A stretch of 64,000 nt of DNA. It comes from Scyliorhinus canicula (lineage: Eukaryota). Location of the stretch: assembly GCF_902713615.1 (NCBI RefSeq), contig NC_052156.1:32534776-32598775 (forward strand), given 5' to 3'. The position numbers and the translations under genes are program-made. The notes under the pieces were generated by a model, which had not been told where the DNA came from, searched no databases, and saw nothing but the letters and a program-made list of their open reading frames with translations. Shown here one piece after another: positions 61,383 through 64,000 of the stretch; the stretch's first letter is position 1; each line of letters opens with the position of its first letter.

Positions 61383-62856
61383 TATTGGCAAGATTTTAAG
61401 AGTCCATTATTAAAGATGAGATCGCGGAGTACTTGGAAGTGCATGACAAAATAGGAATGAGACAGCACAGTTTCATCAAAGAGAGGTCATGTCTGACAAA
61501 TCTGTTACAGTTCTTTGAGGAAGTAGCAAGGAAGTTAGACAAAGGAGAACCAGTGGACGTGATTTATTTAGACTTCCAGAAGGCCTTTGAAGTTGCCGCA
61601 TAGGAGATTGTTAAATAAGTTAAGAGCCCATGGTGTTAAGGGTAAGATCCTGGCATGGATAGAGGATGACTGACTGGCAGTAGGCAGAGGGTGGGGATAA
61701 AGGGGTCTTTTTCAGGATGGCAGCCGGTGACTAGTGGTGTACCTCAGTGTTCTGTGCTGGGACCACAACTTTTCACAATTCACATCAATGATCTGGAAGA
61801 AGGAACTGGGGGCACTGTTGTTAAGTTTGCAGATGATACAAAGATCTGTAGAGGCACAGGCAGTATTGAGGAAGCAGGCGGGCTGCAGAAGGACTTGGAC
61901 AGGTTAGGATAGTGGGCATAGAAGTGGCAGATGGAATACAATGTGGAAAAGTGTGAGGTTCTGCACTTTGGAAGGAGAAATGGAGGCATAGACTATTTTC
62001 CAAATGGGAGATGCTTAGGAAATCAGAAGCACAAAGGGACTTGGGAGACCTTGTTCACGATCCTCTTAAGATTAACGTGCAGGTTCAGTAGGTAGTTAGG
62101 AAGGTAAATGCAATGTCAGCATTCATGTCGAGAGGGCTGGAATGCAAGACCAGGGATGTACTTCTGAGGCTGTATAAGGCTCTGGTCAGACCCCATTTGG
62201 AGTATTGTGAGCAGTTTTGGGCCCCGTATCTAAGGAAGGATGTGCTGGCCTTGGAAAGGGTCCAGAGGAGGTTCACAAGAATGATCTCTGGAATGAAGAG
62301 CTTGTCATATGAGGAACAGTTGAGGACTCTGGGTCTGGACTCGGAGTTTAGAAGGATGAGGGGGGAATCTTATTGAAATTTACAGGATACTGCGAGGCCT
62401 GGATAGAGTGGACGTGGAGAGAATGTTTCCACTTGTAGGAAAAACTAGCAGAGGACACCATCTCAGACTAAAGGGACGATCCTTTGATGAGGAGGAATTT
62501 CTTCAGCCAGAGGATGGTGAATCTGTGGAACTCGTTGCCGCAGAAGGCTGTGGAGGCAAAATCACTGAGTGTCTTTAAAACCGAGATAGAGAGGTTTTTG
62601 ATCAGTAAGGGGATCAGTGGTTCTGGGGAGAAGGCAGGAGAATGGGGATGAGAAAAATATAAGCCATGGTTGAATGGCGGAGCAGACCCGATGGGCCGAG
62701 TGGCATAATTCTGCTCCAGTGTCTTATGGTCTGAAAAACACCCCCTTTCAGTCACTGAAACTTCATTAATCCTTTAACACACAATACAATTTAAAGGTCT
62801 AATAGGGTAATTAATGTTTTCACTGCAGTGAACTCTATGATTCTTTGTTTGCTCAG

Positions 62857-62985
62857 ATGTTGATGAATGTCAGAGTGGAGTGCATCGATGTGGCGAAGGA
62901 CAAGTCTGTCAGAACATTCCCGGAAACTATCGTTGCGATTGCCAGAGTGGCTATCAAATCAACTCGCTCAGCAGAACATGCATTG
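62857..62985 (+). CDS. FBLN2: Fibulin-2-like exon: cbEGF7 (DVDECQSGVHRCGEGQVCQNIPGNYRCDCQSGYQINSLSRTCI)
   Basis: Acceptor tttgctcag and donor G/gtgtgt. 129 nt, phase 1-1. GVHRCGEGQVC is a fibulin-2 hallmark. Confidence 0.95.
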
Positions 62986-63649
62986 GTGTGTAAAACGTTT
63001 ATATGAATATTCCAGATTATTCTGAAAAATGCACGATTCATGAGAACCTACAACAATAACCCCATTTCTGCTAACACACCTCATGCATCTGACGGTTTCA
63101 AGCCGACATGTATAGCTGCAATTTTGAATGCTAATCAACATTGTCCTATTAGAGTGGGAACCTCTGCAGGTCTTTGGTCTGAGGCCTATGTTTTGGAGTC
63201 AGAATTTTCAGTAAATATTTCTTAGGGGAAAAAAAACTGCAGATCTCGGGATTCTTCAGGTAGCCTCGTTGGCTGAGTCCCAATATTGCAGTGTTAAAAG
63301 GCAGGGTGAGCTCTTTAAAAACAGCAGGCCCGAACAGTGTGACCAACTTGGGTCCTGGACCGCTTTGCACACAAACAATCCTTTCACCAGGTCGTCTAAG
63401 GTCTATTCATAATAGTACGCAGAAAATAATTATTGGCAGCATTCGGATGCATCATATTAGTACTCAATACTGTCCTGGGACATGGAAGAATGACTTTTGG
63501 ATCAGTAATTGAGGTAACTTGTGGTGGTCAATTACCTACAGTTCTGTCATCATTTCTGACAGATGTACATGTGATTGAGGAGATAATGGCATTGTGACAC
63601 AACGTGCCCTAGTTCTGTTATTTCCACTTCACTTATGCAGCGTGCTAAT

Positions 63650-63905
63650 CATACTGGGGAATTATCCCTGATGTCCTGGCCAATATTTATTTCTCAATCA
63701 ACACCACGAAAACAGATTATCTTATCATTAACACGTTGCGGTGTTTGGAGGTTTGCCAGCACAAATTGGCAGCCGTGTTTCCTACATTACAACTTTGGCT
63801 GCTCATGAAAATTATTTGGCTACACTTGAAAATTATTTGGCTACAAAGCATTTTGGGATGTCCTGTAATAGGGAAAGGTGCTATATAAATGCAGGGCTTT
63901 CTTTT
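63650..63905 (+). mobile_element. DeuSINE-like (SacSINE1-type) 3' part
   Basis: GTCCTGGCCAATATTTAT...AAATTGGCAGCCGTGTTTCCTACATTACAAC...AAAGGTGCTATATAAATGCA, recognised from memory of the family. Confidence 0.7.
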
Positions 63906-64000
63906 CACTAGATTAGAGCTGCTACTTTCGATGGAAAAGTTACCCCACCACCCCAGAATTCCCCTGAAACTCATTTGTCAAGTGCTAAACCTGCCATGAA

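Larger units (their letters stand above)
57478..62735 (+). mobile_element. Near full-length decayed CR1 LINE: ORF1 SGNH esterase part, endonuclease, RT, 3' tail
   Basis: ORF1 (G)DSIVRGTD...CFPGAR...VVVHTGTNDI...DGLHLN. Endonuclease TETW, GDFN, SDH. RT GPDG, GVPQ.SVLGP, FADDTK. Many stops. Confidence 0.92.

Noticed and set aside
1-64000. CRISPR array, operon or prokaryotic defence system
   Set aside because: The sequence is a eukaryotic intron-rich locus. No regularly spaced repeat-spacer array was seen.

Overview
Vertebrate genomic DNA, most likely from an elasmobranch (shark). The species is inferred from the repeat content (HE1-type V-SINEs, a DeuSINE, CR1 LINEs) and is not proven. The whole window lies inside one plus-strand gene encoding a fibulin-2-type extracellular matrix protein. 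Nine internal exons were spliced by hand into one uninterrupted frame: the third anaphylatoxin module plus EGF modules 1-7, all AG/GT introns, all phase 1. The gene starts before and ends after the window. Almost none of the supplied ORFs are real genes. The introns are packed with transposons: V-SINEs with three different tails, CR1 (one nested, near full length), L1/Tx1, RTE, Rex-Babar, a Vingi/Ingi-like LINE, a Gypsy integrase fragment, probable solo LTRs, decayed PIF/Harbinger elements and many GC-rich MITEs. There is also an RPL13A retrocopy. The strongest leads are: (1) a candidate frame-preserving 30-nt microexon (41072-41101) with an SRRM3/4-type UGC motif, in a repeat-free intron segment next to the exon that is alternatively spliced in mammalian FBLN2; (2) modular head/tail swapping among SINEs; (3) an ORF1-only 'half-L1'-like element; (4) a templated inverted insertion inside a Harbinger transposase. 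Repeat boundaries are approximate unless a target-site duplication (TSD) is quoted. Family names come from recognising motifs, not from a database search.
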